DNA of 64,000 bases, from NCBI GenBank assembly GCA_963678065.2, contig CAXXVZ010000002.1:1-64000 (forward strand), written 5' to 3'. The notes beneath the pieces are model-generated. The model had not been told where the DNA came from and did not search any database. It saw only the letters and a program-made list of their open reading frames with translations. This document shows, piece by piece, positions 9,181 through 19,520 of the stretch. The position numbers and the translations under genes were made by a program. Source of the stretch: Treponemataceae bacterium. GTDB lineage: Bacteria; Spirochaetota; Spirochaetia; Treponematales; Rectinemataceae. The first letter of the stretch is position 1; each line of letters starts with the position of its first letter.

Positions 9181-10509
9181 TCAGTGCGAAGTCGTTTTCG
9201 AGAGCACCGGCTCCGAAAGATTCCCCTGGGCGTCGAACTCCAGGGCCAGCGGTTCGCCTGAGGCTACAAGGTTCGGCCAGGCTCCCCGGAGGACATCGGC
9301 GTAGTAGGCTTCCGAGAGCATGATGTGCTCGATGTGGAGACTGTTCGCGATCCGGACCACGCGGGCTTTTTCCATATCGACGCCGTTCAGGGTCTTAAGG
9401 CATGCCTGGATGGCTTCTCTGTCGCTGGACACGACCATGGGTATCATGGCCGATTTGAGTACCGTGCTCGTGAGGCAGTTGGGGTACATCTTTTCCGTAT
9501 CCACTTTGTCGAAGAGGCGCTTCGTAATGACGCTGGCGAGGCCTACGCCCAGGGCGTTGCCCTGCGAGCACTCACTGAGGTCGAGCATGCAGGTGCGCTG
9601 GACCGCGAGGCCTCCGGAGGCGTATTCGGTGGAAAACGTGCCGGTTATGTTCGGGTCGACGCCGGTGCCGCTGAAATTCTTTCCGATTTCGTCGATGACG
9701 AGGACATCGGCCTCGCCGACGATGAGGCGTGGCATCTGCGCGAAGGCATATTTCAGGAGTTCAGGCTCCCTCGCGAGGATCTCTTCCGCGGGGATGGCCT
9801 CGATCCTGCAGGTTTCGTCGAAGGCATTCTCGATGCAGGGGAGGGCGAAAAGGATGGGGGCTTTGTCGAGGATCACCCTGGCGTTGGCCGGGAGGTTTTG
9901 CGCCATTTTCCCCATGCCGTCGGAGTGGACGCTCTCGGCGCCCTCGCGCTTGCCGAGGCCGACGACCATCATCTTGCAGGGCCCGCTCTCGTAGGGGCCG
10001 CGGAAGGCGTTGTGAGGCTTCAGCCTGCAGGAGACGATGATCCCGTCGGATTCATATGCCAGCCTGTCCATGTAGACAGGTTTACCCAGTTCCGAATGTC
10101 CGAGGAGGACCGTCTCCATGCAGGAACGGATGGGGCAACCCATGGATTCTTCCGTGATCCCGTATCCGGCCAGGAGTTCGGTCTGGCCCTCCGCGGTGGC
10201 GCCCCCGTGGCTTCCCATGGCGGGTACGATGAATGGGTCGGCATTTTTTGATTTGGCGAAGTCGACGATGGCCTTGGTGATGATGTCGACATTGGCGATG
10301 CCGCGGCTGCCGGCGGTGATCGCGAGGCTCATTCCCGCGCGAAGACGCCCCGCGATCTTTTCCTCCGACAGGGCTGCGAAGATGACGCTCGGAATGTCGT
10401 TGGGTTCGATGACGGGCCGGGGAAAGGCCTGTCGCGCGCGGAACATTTTCGGGATCGGTACCCCTTCCAGAAGCTTGGACACGTTCCCGCCAGTCTCTAT
10501 TTCCATCAT
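9181..10509 (-). CDS. Lactate-racemase-domain (LarA-like/DUF2088-type) protein
   Basis: AITAGSRGIAN...PAMGSHGGATAEGQ...RLKPH...GLGK pattern typical of this family. Confidence 0.7.
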   Translation of the reverse strand: MMEIETGGNVSKLLEGVPIPKMFRARQAFPRPVIEPNDIPSVIFAALSEEKIAGRLRAGMSLAITAGSRGIANVDIITKAIVDFAKSKNADPFIVPAMGSHGGATAEGQTELLAGYGITEESMGCPIRSCMETVLLGHSELGKPVYMDRLAYESDGIIVSCRLKPHNAFRGPYESGPCKMMVVGLGKREGAESVHSDGMGKMAQNLPANARVILDKAPILFALPCIENAFDETCRIEAIPAEEILAREPELLKYAFAQMPRLIVGEADVLVIDEIGKNFSGTGVDPNITGTFSTEYASGGLAVQRTCMLDLSECSQGNALGVGLASVITKRLFDKVDTEKMYPNCLTSTVLKSAMIPMVVSSDREAIQACLKTLNGVDMEKARVVRIANSLHIEHIMLSEAYYADVLRGAWPNLVASGEPLALEFDAQGNLSEPVLSKTTSH

Positions 10510-10958
10510 GCCTCCTCTGCCGGCCGAGGCGGGGTATGAGGCAGCGACCGAGACTGCGAATGCGGTTGCGGCCCGGTCTGCGGCTGGACGGAAATCGGGA
10601 CATGTTTTGTGACGACCACGTCGACGCCGAGCCCGAGAACATCCACGATCGCGATCTGCCCCATGGACACCGGGGCTGTCAAAATCACCTTCCCGATCTC
10701 GTCGAGAACCGGAAAGATCATCGCTTTGGGGATGGGGCCGGTCAGGCGGACTGAGGCCAGCGGTCCGGTTCCACCCAGGACGAGAACCGAGGTCGCGATA
10801 TTCCGCTGCGGATCGGTCAGTTCCTGTTCGACGAATTTCCGGCCTTTCGGGCAGGTCGCACCTTCGATAGAGATTATGGATGCGATGGCGCCATCGCCGA
10901 TGTCCACCTCGATGTCGCAGCCGCGGGGACAGGCGATGCAGGTGTATTCTTTCAGCAT
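10506..10958 (-). CDS. DUF1667 family small CxxC protein (copy 1)
   Basis: MLKEYTCIACPRGC...CPKG...ATSV; start overlaps upstream stop. Confidence 0.85.
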   Translation of the reverse strand: MLKEYTCIACPRGCDIEVDIGDGAIASIISIEGATCPKGRKFVEQELTDPQRNIATSVLVLGGTGPLASVRLTGPIPKAMIFPVLDEIGKVILTAPVSMGQIAIVDVLGLGVDVVVTKHVPISVQPQTGPQPHSQSRSLPHTPPRPAEEA

Positions 10959-12187
10959 GTGACGGCGACCTCCAGCGCGCCAGTCGGGGCGAGGGCGGAA
11001 GCCGCGACCGGAATCTGGATCATCTCGGCGGGTATCGCCTTTTTCATCGCGAGGGATGCGACGACGCGCCCGTTCTGGGAGATCCGGATTTCGCAGTCCC
11101 CGAAGGGGCGCCTGACGCGCGTGGACAGGGTAAAATCGACTCCGGCGCTGATTCTCTGCGGGATGGTGTGGAGGATCGCGGCATCTCCCGAGATCGCGAG
11201 GGAGCATTCCGGAAGGCGCTTTTCGCGGACATACCGGGCAACCGAGCGCGCCATCTTCTCGGCCTCCAGCGAGACGAAGTCCACGAGGTCGTGCACCTGC
11301 AGGACGTTCCCGGCCGCAAAGATGCCAGACACGTTTGTCTGGTAGTTCTCGTCGACGACGGGACCCCTGGTGTGGCTGTCCAAGACTACGCCCGCCATGG
11401 TGGAGAGCTCGTTCTCCGGGATGAGGCCGACCGAGAGGATCAGCGTGTCGCAGGGCCAGAGCTTCTCCGTGCCCGGAACCGGATTCATGCGCTCGTCGAC
11501 TTGGGCTACCGTGACGCTTTCCAGCCGGGAGCGCCCCGCGATGTCGGTGACGGTGTGGCTCAGGTAGAGAGGTATTCCGTAATCCTCCAGGCACTGCTGG
11601 ATGTTGCGGGGCAGGCCGCTCGCGTACGGGAGTATTTCGAAAACGGCCTTCACCGTAGCACCCTCGAGCGTGAGCCTGCGCGCCATGATCATGCCGATGT
11701 CGCCCGAACCGAGTATGACGACTTCCTTGCCCACCATCGTGTTGTGCAGGTTGATGTAGGACTGGGCGACTCCCGCGGTCCAGACGCCTGAGGGCCTGTT
11801 TCCCGGTATGCTCACGGCTCCCCGCGTGCGTTCGCGGCAGCCCATGGTCAGGACTACGGCCTCGGCCTGGAATTCCAGGATGCCATCCCGGGTGGAGGCG
11901 GTAACACGCCTGTCTCCTGAGATATCGATGACGGTGGCTTCGGTGATGCAGGGAATGTGATTCAGTTCCACCAGGTCGATGAAGCGTTGCGCGTATTCGG
12001 GGCCGGAGAGGCTCGCCTTGAAACGGGTCAGGCCGAAACCGTCGTGGATGCACTGGCGAAGGATTCCGCCTGGGAATTTCCCGCGCTCCAGGATGAGGAT
12101 GTTTTCGACCCCGCATCTGTGGAGTTCCACTGCCGCGGCCAGACCCGCCGGTCCGCCGCCGATGATGATGACGTCTTTGTCGATCAT
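10952..12187 (-). CDS. NAD(P)/FAD-dependent oxidoreductase (copy 1)
   Basis: GGGPAG, GGILRQCIHDGFG, GSGDIG, GNVLQVHDLVD. Confidence 0.9.
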   Translation of the reverse strand: MIDKDVIIIGGGPAGLAAAVELHRCGVENILILERGKFPGGILRQCIHDGFGLTRFKASLSGPEYAQRFIDLVELNHIPCITEATVIDISGDRRVTASTRDGILEFQAEAVVLTMGCRERTRGAVSIPGNRPSGVWTAGVAQSYINLHNTMVGKEVVILGSGDIGMIMARRLTLEGATVKAVFEILPYASGLPRNIQQCLEDYGIPLYLSHTVTDIAGRSRLESVTVAQVDERMNPVPGTEKLWPCDTLILSVGLIPENELSTMAGVVLDSHTRGPVVDENYQTNVSGIFAAGNVLQVHDLVDFVSLEAEKMARSVARYVREKRLPECSLAISGDAAILHTIPQRISAGVDFTLSTRVRRPFGDCEIRISQNGRVVASLAMKKAIPAEMIQIPVAASALAPTGALEVAVTC

Positions 12188-13670
12188 GGCTCGGCCCTCT
12201 CACCCTGAGCTCTCACCGGGCCTGTAAACATGTTCGATCCCGCCCGGTTGAAGAGGATTTCCGTCACATTCCTGCCCGTCTCTTCCTGCATCAGGCTGGC
12301 GATGCGGGTCTCGCAGTAGCCGCCCTGGCAGCGTCCCATCGTCGCCCTGGTCCGGTTCTTGATGGCGGCGACCGTACATACTCCGAGCGGGTTGTGGATG
12401 GCCTCGAGGATTTCCGCCTTCGTCACGTTTTCGCAGCGGCAGATGATCTCCCCGTAATCGGGATTCCGGCCGATGAGGAGCTTCTTCGTCGCGAGATCCT
12501 GTTCCCGGAAACGCACGGCGGTCTTCCTGCGCGGGGTGAAATCAGGATTCGGGACGAGGGCTTCTTTTGGGGCCATCAGGGCGACGGCGCGCCTCGCGAG
12601 GGGAAGGGCTCCGGTGAGCCCAGGGGATTCGATGCCGACGAAGTTGATCGTATTGGGAGCTTCGTCGCGCGCCTCGCAGACGAAATCGAGGACTTCCCCG
12701 GTGGCCGGGTCTATCCGCTTGGGCCTGATCCCGGCGAAGTTGCGGATGAAGTATTCGCGCTTGACCTGAGCGAACATTTTCAGCCCATCCCGGACAAGTC
12801 CGTCCATCTGCTTCTTCGTCACGCTGAAATCTTCGAAATCCTCGGTGATGTAAGAATCGAGGCCGATCAGGACGTTTCCGTGGATCGTCGGGGTCGCGTG
12901 CGTCGCGAATCCGCCCTTGGCATCCGGCGCGGGGTAGACCGGCATATTGAGGAAGGCACCGGCTTTCTTGTCCAGTATGAAATATTCGCCCTTGAAACCC
13001 CGGATGACATAGCCGCCGATTCCGAGCATCGAGGAGATGCGCGCACAGTTGAGCCCTGCGGCGTTCACCACCCACCTGGCCGCGAAGGTCTGCGCGGGGG
13101 TGACCAGCTCCCAGCCACCGTCCACGCGCGCGATGGCGGTCACTTCCCGGTCGAAGAAAAAATCGGCGCCGTTCATCCTGGCGTTCTCCGCCAGGGCTAT
13201 CGTGTAGGCCATCGGATCCAGGATTCCGGAATCGGGAGAATGCATCGCGAACTCGCCGCCTGCGCTGGAATCCAGTTCGGAGAGGCGTTTCTTGTCGACG
13301 ATCTCGAGGCCCGGACGCCGTTACCCTCGCCGACTGCCTTGAACCGCACAAGGCTCTCCATGTCGGCCTCGGTAAAGCCTACGACGACCTTGCCGAGTCG
13401 TCTGAAGGGCACGCCCAGCTCCTCGGCCACAGCGTCGAACTCCCGATTTCCTTCGACACAGCAGGCGGCTTTGAGCGAGCCCTTTTTGTAGGTGAAACCG
13501 CCGTGCAGCACGCCGGAGTTCCTTCCTGAGTTGCCGCAGGCGACATCGAGCTCTTTTTCCAGCACGCCGATTTTGAGCCGGTACCGGGAGAGCTCGCGCG
13601 CGACGGCGCATCCGATCACGCCCGCGCCGATTATGAGGACATCGTATCGTTCGTTCATTTTATCCCTCAT
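12184..13670 (-). pseudogene. GlpA-like FAD-dependent oxidoreductase with C-terminal BFD-like [2Fe-2S] domain, split by a 1-bp frameshift near 13313
   Basis: N-part 13197-13670 has IIGAGVIG and NSGVLHGG; C-part 12184-13245 has CRCE and GRCQGGYC; adding one base gives continuous GNGVPGLEIVDKKRL. Confidence 0.8.
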
Positions 13671-13689
13671 GCGCCGAAAACACGCGACG

Positions 13690-13911
13690 CCACCTGTGAC
13701 AGTTCGCGGGCCTCAGGCGCGCGATCGATTCGGCCGGGCTTTCAAGAAGGTCATGATCGCCTCCATGTGCCCGCGCAGCACCCCGGACAGATCCGAGATG
13801 CCCCGGAGGATAGGCGGCCCGACGGGGTAGCGGCCTTCTGCTTGGTCTGCGAGAAGGCTTCAGGTTCCAGAAATCACGGTATCGCGACAGTTTCGCTTCC
13901 AGATCGGGCAT
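13690..13911 (-). pseudogene. Degraded gene remnant, possibly of a UroD/methyltransferase-like protein
   Basis: AGGAG RBS + MPDLEAKLSRYRDFWNLKP, then in other frames GRYPVGPPILRGISDLSGVLRGHMEAIM and DLLESPAESIARL. Confidence 0.4.
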
Positions 13912-14049
13912 GGGGTTTCTCCTTGGTGGCGGAGGATTTTCAATGACGGTCGGATGGCCCGGAAGCCGGGAGGCTGTGGCCACGGCCAGTGACTGTCAGC
14001 GGCAATCGCGGGCTCCGGTCGCGCGGTATCGGGTTTTTGCCGCGACGTG

Positions 14050-15234
14050 CTAGGGCCGTTTTCCGACCTCGGTGCGATCCAGAGTCCAGGAGGCGACCTG
14101 GTCGCTTAAGGAAAGGCCCAGTCCGGGACGCTTCGGGACTATCATGCGGCCACCCGAGATTTCCAGCCGCTCGTTGAAGAGGGGCTCCAGCCATTCGAAA
14201 TGCTCCACCCAGGTATCCTCGCGGAAAGCGGCGGCCAGATGGATGTGGATCTCCATCACGAAGTGCGGCGCTATTTTCAGGAGGTTGTGTTCGGCGAGGG
14301 CGGCGATTTTCAGGAAGGGCGTTATCCCGCCGACGCGGGGAGCGTCCGGCATCAGGATGTCGACAGACTTCAGGTCGACAAGGCGGGAGTGCTCCGCGAC
14401 GCTCGTGAGCATCTCGCCCGAGCCGATCGGCGTCGCGAGCTGGGCGGCGAGGGCCGCGTGGCCTTCGGCGTCGTAGGCGTCAAGGGGCTCCTCGATCCAT
14501 TCGAGATTCAGCTCCTCAAGGATGCGTCCCATGCGGAGCGCGGTCGGCCTGTCCCACTGCTGGTTGGCGTCGACCATGATCGGAACCGAATCGCCGAGGT
14601 GGGCGCGCAGGGCCTTCACCCTCTTCAGATCCAGGGTCGAGTCCGGCTGTCCCACCTTGATCTTCACGCCGCCTATGCCCCGCGCGCGGGAACGGTCAGC
14701 GCTTTCCAGAACTTCCTCGATGGGCGCCTGGAGGTAGCCGCCCGAAGTGTTGTAGCAGGGCACGGAATCGCGATAGGAACCGATCAGTTTGGAGAGGGGA
14801 AGATTGGCGCGCTTCGCCTTGAAGTCCCAGAGGGCGGTATCGAAGGCCGCGATGGACTGGAGGGCGAGGCCGGAGCGCCCGACCGAGGCACCGAGCCACA
14901 CGAGCTTGTTCCAGAGGCGGGCTATGTCGGCGGGATCCTCGCCGAGGAGAGCGGGAGCGATCTCGCGGGCGTGGGCGTACTGTCCGGCACCACCAGTGCG
15001 GAGGGAATAGCTGAAGCCAAGTCCCGAAAAGCCATTTTCACTGACAATCTCGGCAAAGAGTATCGAAACACCGTCCAGCGGTTTCTGTCTTCCGGTGAGA
15101 ACCTTGGCGTCGCTCACCGGTTTTGCGAGGGGCATGAAAACCGAGGAAAGGCTGATCCACGCGATCCTGTCGCTTTTTATTTCGGGCCCTGACGTCGTGA
15201 GGCGGGTTCCCCTTTCATCGGCTTCATCGGCCAT
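14050..15234 (-). CDS. L-talarate/galactarate dehydratase-like (mandelate racemase subgroup)
   Basis: KPVSDAKVLTGRQKPL signature; KIK, VDANQQW, WIEEP, GEM, APHF, EHF. Confidence 0.88.
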   Translation of the reverse strand: MADEADERGTRLTTSGPEIKSDRIAWISLSSVFMPLAKPVSDAKVLTGRQKPLDGVSILFAEIVSENGFSGLGFSYSLRTGGAGQYAHAREIAPALLGEDPADIARLWNKLVWLGASVGRSGLALQSIAAFDTALWDFKAKRANLPLSKLIGSYRDSVPCYNTSGGYLQAPIEEVLESADRSRARGIGGVKIKVGQPDSTLDLKRVKALRAHLGDSVPIMVDANQQWDRPTALRMGRILEELNLEWIEEPLDAYDAEGHAALAAQLATPIGSGEMLTSVAEHSRLVDLKSVDILMPDAPRVGGITPFLKIAALAEHNLLKIAPHFVMEIHIHLAAAFREDTWVEHFEWLEPLFNERLEISGGRMIVPKRPGLGLSLSDQVASWTLDRTEVGKRP

Positions 15235-15368
15235 CGAGATCTCCTTGACCTATGGTGCAAACGAAAATCAGAACGGGGCTGCCGCGAACGACAGCCCCGT
15301 TCCCAGGCGAAAACAATGCGGGAAACATGCAGCACTCCCGGGGAATCCGAGGGAATCCCCGAGTGGAA

Positions 15369-16352
15369 TTATTGTTTGACTTCTTCCTTGTCGATCTTCG
15401 CGTTCGTCATCAGATCCTTGTACTTCATGTACGTCGCCTCCTGCGCTGTCATGTACTTGATGGCGGCCGCGGGAGCCATGTACTGGGCGCTGACCATGAA
15501 CTTGTTGAGTTCGGCCTGGAGTTCGGGATTCGCGGCAACCTTGGCGACGGCTGCGCTGAACTTGGCGACGACAGCCTGGGGCGTTCCCTTCGGGAAGAGG
15601 TAGTAGAAGAACTTCGGGAAAGAGATATTGACTCCCTGCTCCTTGAACGTTTTCACGGCGGGAATGAGAGGGTTGGTCTCTTCGGCCATGACGCCGACGA
15701 CGCGGAATCTGCCGGAGGTCACATAGTCCTTGATGATGCCGTAGGAGATGCCGATCATGTCGACCTGCTTTCCGAGGAGGGCGACGATCTTCTGGGCGGC
15801 CGAGCCGACGTCGACGACGTTCAGCTTGGTGTTGGTCTCGTCCTGGAAGGCGAGAATCTGCAGGTGGGTGAATCCGCCGGTCTCGGTGGCAAACTTAATC
15901 TTGCCGGGCCTAGCCTTCGCCGCTTCGATGAGATCGTTCAGGTTCTTGTAGGGCGAGCTTGCGTTGACGACGAAAATGTTGGTGTTGTCCATGACGCCGA
16001 TGCCGGCGTTCTCGAAGTCGCCGAAGCTGTAATCGACGAGTCCCATGATCTTGTTCAGGAACATAGAGGGATGATAGAAAAGGGCCGTGTAGCCGTCCGG
16101 CGCCGAATCCTTGACCTTGCGGGTGCCGAGTGAGCCGCCAGCGCCGTTCACGTTGACGATGACCACCGGCTGGCCGAGTTCCTTCTCGAGGTATTTGGCC
16201 ATGATCCGGCAGTTCAGGTCCGTGTCTCCGCCGGGAGCGGCGGGAACGACGACCTGGATGGCCTTGGCCGGGTAATTCGCCTGGGCCGACATTGCGAAGG
16301 TGGCGACAAGAGCGAGGCAGACGAGGAGCGTAAACTTCCGGATACCTTTCAT
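15369..16352 (-). CDS. tctC: Tripartite tricarboxylate transporter substrate-binding protein
   Basis: Signal peptide; YPAKAIQVVVPAAPGGDTD...NVNGAGG...PDGYT (Bug family). Confidence 0.9.
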   Translation of the reverse strand: MKGIRKFTLLVCLALVATFAMSAQANYPAKAIQVVVPAAPGGDTDLNCRIMAKYLEKELGQPVVIVNVNGAGGSLGTRKVKDSAPDGYTALFYHPSMFLNKIMGLVDYSFGDFENAGIGVMDNTNIFVVNASSPYKNLNDLIEAAKARPGKIKFATETGGFTHLQILAFQDETNTKLNVVDVGSAAQKIVALLGKQVDMIGISYGIIKDYVTSGRFRVVGVMAEETNPLIPAVKTFKEQGVNISFPKFFYYLFPKGTPQAVVAKFSAAVAKVAANPELQAELNKFMVSAQYMAPAAAIKYMTAQEATYMKYKDLMTNAKIDKEEVKQ

Positions 16353-16422
16353 CGGGATCCTCCATTCATAGGTTTTCCATTGCCTAGGGCAATGGCGGAT
16401 TGCGTATCGAATGATCTCGTAC

Positions 16423-17928
16423 TCATGCGGCGGCGGCCTCCTTCTTCTTGTTCCTGATGTTTCCGAGACCGGTGAAAATCATCATGGCAGCCGCTGCGAG
16501 GAAGAAGAACACGGCGATGGGGCGGGTGAAGAACTGGAAAAAGTCGCCCTCGTAGAGCTGCAGGCCGCGGCGGAAGCCGGTCTCGGCCATGGGCCCGAGG
16601 ATGAGGCCGAGGATCATGGGGGAGGTGGGGAACTTGAGCTTGGTGAGAACATAGCCGAGGACACCGAATCCGAGGGCGACCCACACATCGAACACCCGGT
16701 TGTTGAGGCCGTAGGCTCCGACCGCGCAGAGCACGAAGACGATGGGCAACAGGATGTGCTTGGGAACCCGGAGAAGCTTCGCGAATACGCGGAGGCCGAA
16801 GAACTCCATGGCGAGCATGACGAAGTTGGCGATGATGAGAGAGACAAAGATTCCGTAGACGACCGTGCCGTTGTTGATGAAAAGCAGCGGTCCAGGCGTG
16901 AGCCCGTGCACCATGAGTCCGCCGAGGATGATGGCCGTGACCGTGTCGCCGGGGATTCCCAGGGTGAGGAGCGGTATGATGGCCCCGCCGATGGTCGCGT
17001 TGTTCGAGGTCTCGGAGGCGACGACGCCGTCGATGACTCCGGTGCCGAACCGTTCAGGATGCTTGTCCGAGCTCTTGGCCACGCCGTAGGCGACGAGGTT
17101 GGAGGTTCCGGCGCCGATGCCCGGCAGGATCCCGATGCCGACTCCGATGAGGGCGGAGCGGATCATGTTCCAGGTTTGGCCCGTGAACTCCTTCCAGCTG
17201 AATCCGAATCCCTTGATCTTGAAGTCCTGGAGGATGTTCTGCTTCTTGAGGAGGACATCGGCCTCAGCCACGTTGAGGATCTCGGAGACGGCGAAGAGGC
17301 CGATGAGCGCGGGGAGGATGTCGAAGCCGCCGTCGAGCATGGGCAGGCCGAAAGTGAAGCGAGCGTAGGCGTCGATGGGGGCGATCCCTACGAAGGCGAG
17401 CACCATGCCGAGAATTCCGACCGAGATGCCCTTGGCGAGCTGCTTGCCTGCGAGGGTGCCGATCATCGTGAGGGAGAAGATCGCGAGGGCGAAGTATTCG
17501 ACGGGCGTGAACTGCAGCGCGAACTCGGCCAGCGGAGGCGCCAGGAACACGAGGACGACTATAGAGACGAGGGTCCCGATGAAGGAAAAAACGACTCCCG
17601 CGCCGAGGGCCTTTCCCGCCTCTCCCCTTTTGGCCATCGGGTGTCCGTCGAAACAGGTCGCCACGGAGGCCGGCGTTCCCGGAATGTTGATGAGAATGGC
17701 CGAGATGAGTCCTCCCGAGGTTCCTCCGATGTAGAGACCCATGATGAGGCTCATCGCCACAGTCGAATTCATGCCGAAGGTGAGGGGCAGACAGAGAGCC
17801 ACCGCCATCGTCGTAGTCAGGCCAGGTATGCAGCCGAAGACGATGCCGACGAAGACCCCGAGGATGATCATCAGAAAGTTCGGAAGCGTGAAAACCGCCG
17901 CGAAACCGGCAGCGAACATGGTGAGCAT
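16423..17928 (-). CDS. tctA: Tripartite tricarboxylate transporter large permease
   Basis: GCIPGL, INIPGTPAS, ETSNNA, LTLGIPGD, GLTPGP. Confidence 0.93.
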   Translation of the reverse strand: MLTMFAAGFAAVFTLPNFLMIILGVFVGIVFGCIPGLTTTMAVALCLPLTFGMNSTVAMSLIMGLYIGGTSGGLISAILINIPGTPASVATCFDGHPMAKRGEAGKALGAGVVFSFIGTLVSIVVLVFLAPPLAEFALQFTPVEYFALAIFSLTMIGTLAGKQLAKGISVGILGMVLAFVGIAPIDAYARFTFGLPMLDGGFDILPALIGLFAVSEILNVAEADVLLKKQNILQDFKIKGFGFSWKEFTGQTWNMIRSALIGVGIGILPGIGAGTSNLVAYGVAKSSDKHPERFGTGVIDGVVASETSNNATIGGAIIPLLTLGIPGDTVTAIILGGLMVHGLTPGPLLFINNGTVVYGIFVSLIIANFVMLAMEFFGLRVFAKLLRVPKHILLPIVFVLCAVGAYGLNNRVFDVWVALGFGVLGYVLTKLKFPTSPMILGLILGPMAETGFRRGLQLYEGDFFQFFTRPIAVFFFLAAAAMMIFTGLGNIRNKKKEAAAA

Positions 17929-17941
17929 GGATTATCCCCCC

Positions 17942-18415
17942 TTATCCCAGGATGCCGGCGGGCAGCATCAGGCTGAACACCTTGACGAACATGTAATAGA
18001 TCGAGACCGAAGCGACGACGGAGATGATTCCGAAGAGGACCGGCTTCTGATGCTCCTTCGCCGCCATGATGTACATCTGGGCGAAGAGGTAGGCCGCAGT
18101 CGTGATCATGAAACCGAGAGTGGGCATGAGTGTGGCGTAGATCGCCATGATGGCGAAGGTCGCGAGGACGGCCCACATGCGGGGCTTGCCCTCCGCGGCC
18201 TTCGACTTCTCGTCGGGACCGCGCGCTTTCTTCACGCCGCCCACGATGATCGCGACGCTGACTATGGCGAGGATCACCGCGATTATGGACGGGAAGGTGC
18301 CCGAGCCGACAGACGAGACGGAGAGGGTCTTTACATTCTTCGCTCCGATGAAGAGAACGACTGAAAAGACCAAAAGGAAAATACCGGAGGCGAGATCCCA
18401 GTATTTCTTCTTCAC
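17942..18415 (-). CDS. tctB: Tripartite tricarboxylate transporter small permease
   Basis: GTG start after AAGGAGG; four TM segments; ends LPAGILG; adjacent to tctA. Confidence 0.85.
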   Translation of the reverse strand: MKKKYWDLASGIFLLVFSVVLFIGAKNVKTLSVSSVGSGTFPSIIAVILAIVSVAIIVGGVKKARGPDEKSKAAEGKPRMWAVLATFAIMAIYATLMPTLGFMITTAAYLFAQMYIMAAKEHQKPVLFGIISVVASVSIYYMFVKVFSLMLPAGILG

Positions 18416-18479
18416 ACGAACCTCCTTGAATCGTATCCGACAATGCATCGCCGGCTCTTTCCGCATGTATGACGAATCG

Positions 18480-19367
18480 TCATTTTTTCCTGGCTTCGAA
18501 CTGAGCCATCTTCTCGTAGTACTGGACGATGCCGGAATGGTCGTTCGCGGCCTTGCCGTCCACTTTCAGCGCCTGCATGATCTCCATGACCTGGCTCGTG
18601 AGGGGCAAAGGGACACCGATGTCGTGGCCAGTCTCGATGGCGTTGGCGAGATCCTTTATGTGAAGCTCGATGCGGAAGCCGGGCTTGAAGTTGCCTGCCA
18701 TGACCATGGGAGCCTTGGCGTCCAGCACGGTGCTGCCCGCGAGTCCTCCGCGGATCGCCTTGTAGAGGACCTCGGGATCGACGCCGGCCTTGGATGCGAG
18801 CACGAAGGCTTCGGACATGGCGGCGATGTTGAGGGCGACAATGATCTGGTTGGCCAGCTTCGTCACGTTGCCTGCGCCGATATCGCCGCAAAGGACGACG
18901 GAGGCGCCCATCTTCGAGAGGAAGGGCACGCAGGCCTCGAATATCTCTTTCTTTCCCCCGACCATGATGGAGAGGGTCCCCTCGATGGCCTTGGGCTCGC
19001 CGCCGGATACCGGGGCGTCGAGCATCTCCACGCCCTTCTCGGCGAGCTTCGCGGCGATTTCCTGGGCGGCGAGCGGGGCGATCGAACTCATGTCGACGAC
19101 GATCTTGCCGGCCGTGATGCCCTCGATGATGCCGCCTGAGCCCAGCACCGCCGTCTTCACGTGGGGCGAGTTCGGCAGCATCGTGATGACGACGTCGCAC
19201 TGCTGTGCCACTTCTTTGGGATTGGAAGCCCTGTCGGCTCCGGCCGCGACAAGCTCCTCGATCGGCGCGGGGATACGGTCGTACACGGTGACGCTGTAGC
19301 CCGCTTTGAGAAGATTCTTCGCCATGGGCTTTCCCATGATTCCAAGACCGATAAATCCGATTTTCAT
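18480..19367 (-). CDS. garR: 2-hydroxy-3-oxopropionate (tartronate semialdehyde) reductase
   Basis: MKIGFIGLGIMGKPMAKNL, DAPVSGGEPKAI, NFKPGFRIELHIKDL. Confidence 0.92.
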   Translation of the reverse strand: MKIGFIGLGIMGKPMAKNLLKAGYSVTVYDRIPAPIEELVAAGADRASNPKEVAQQCDVVITMLPNSPHVKTAVLGSGGIIEGITAGKIVVDMSSIAPLAAQEIAAKLAEKGVEMLDAPVSGGEPKAIEGTLSIMVGGKKEIFEACVPFLSKMGASVVLCGDIGAGNVTKLANQIIVALNIAAMSEAFVLASKAGVDPEVLYKAIRGGLAGSTVLDAKAPMVMAGNFKPGFRIELHIKDLANAIETGHDIGVPLPLTSQVMEIMQALKVDGKAANDHSGIVQYYEKMAQFEARKK

Positions 19368-19520
19368 TTTTCCTCCTGAAGGAAACCACCCGGAGAACAT
19401 CCGGGGCACATCCACTGAAATCCGGGAAAATCCCGAAAACATATCCGCGTCATCGTCATCGTCAGCGTCCGCGGCATCCGCGAATCGCGATTCTGCGAGG
19501 CCCTGCGTGGCGCCTCCGGG

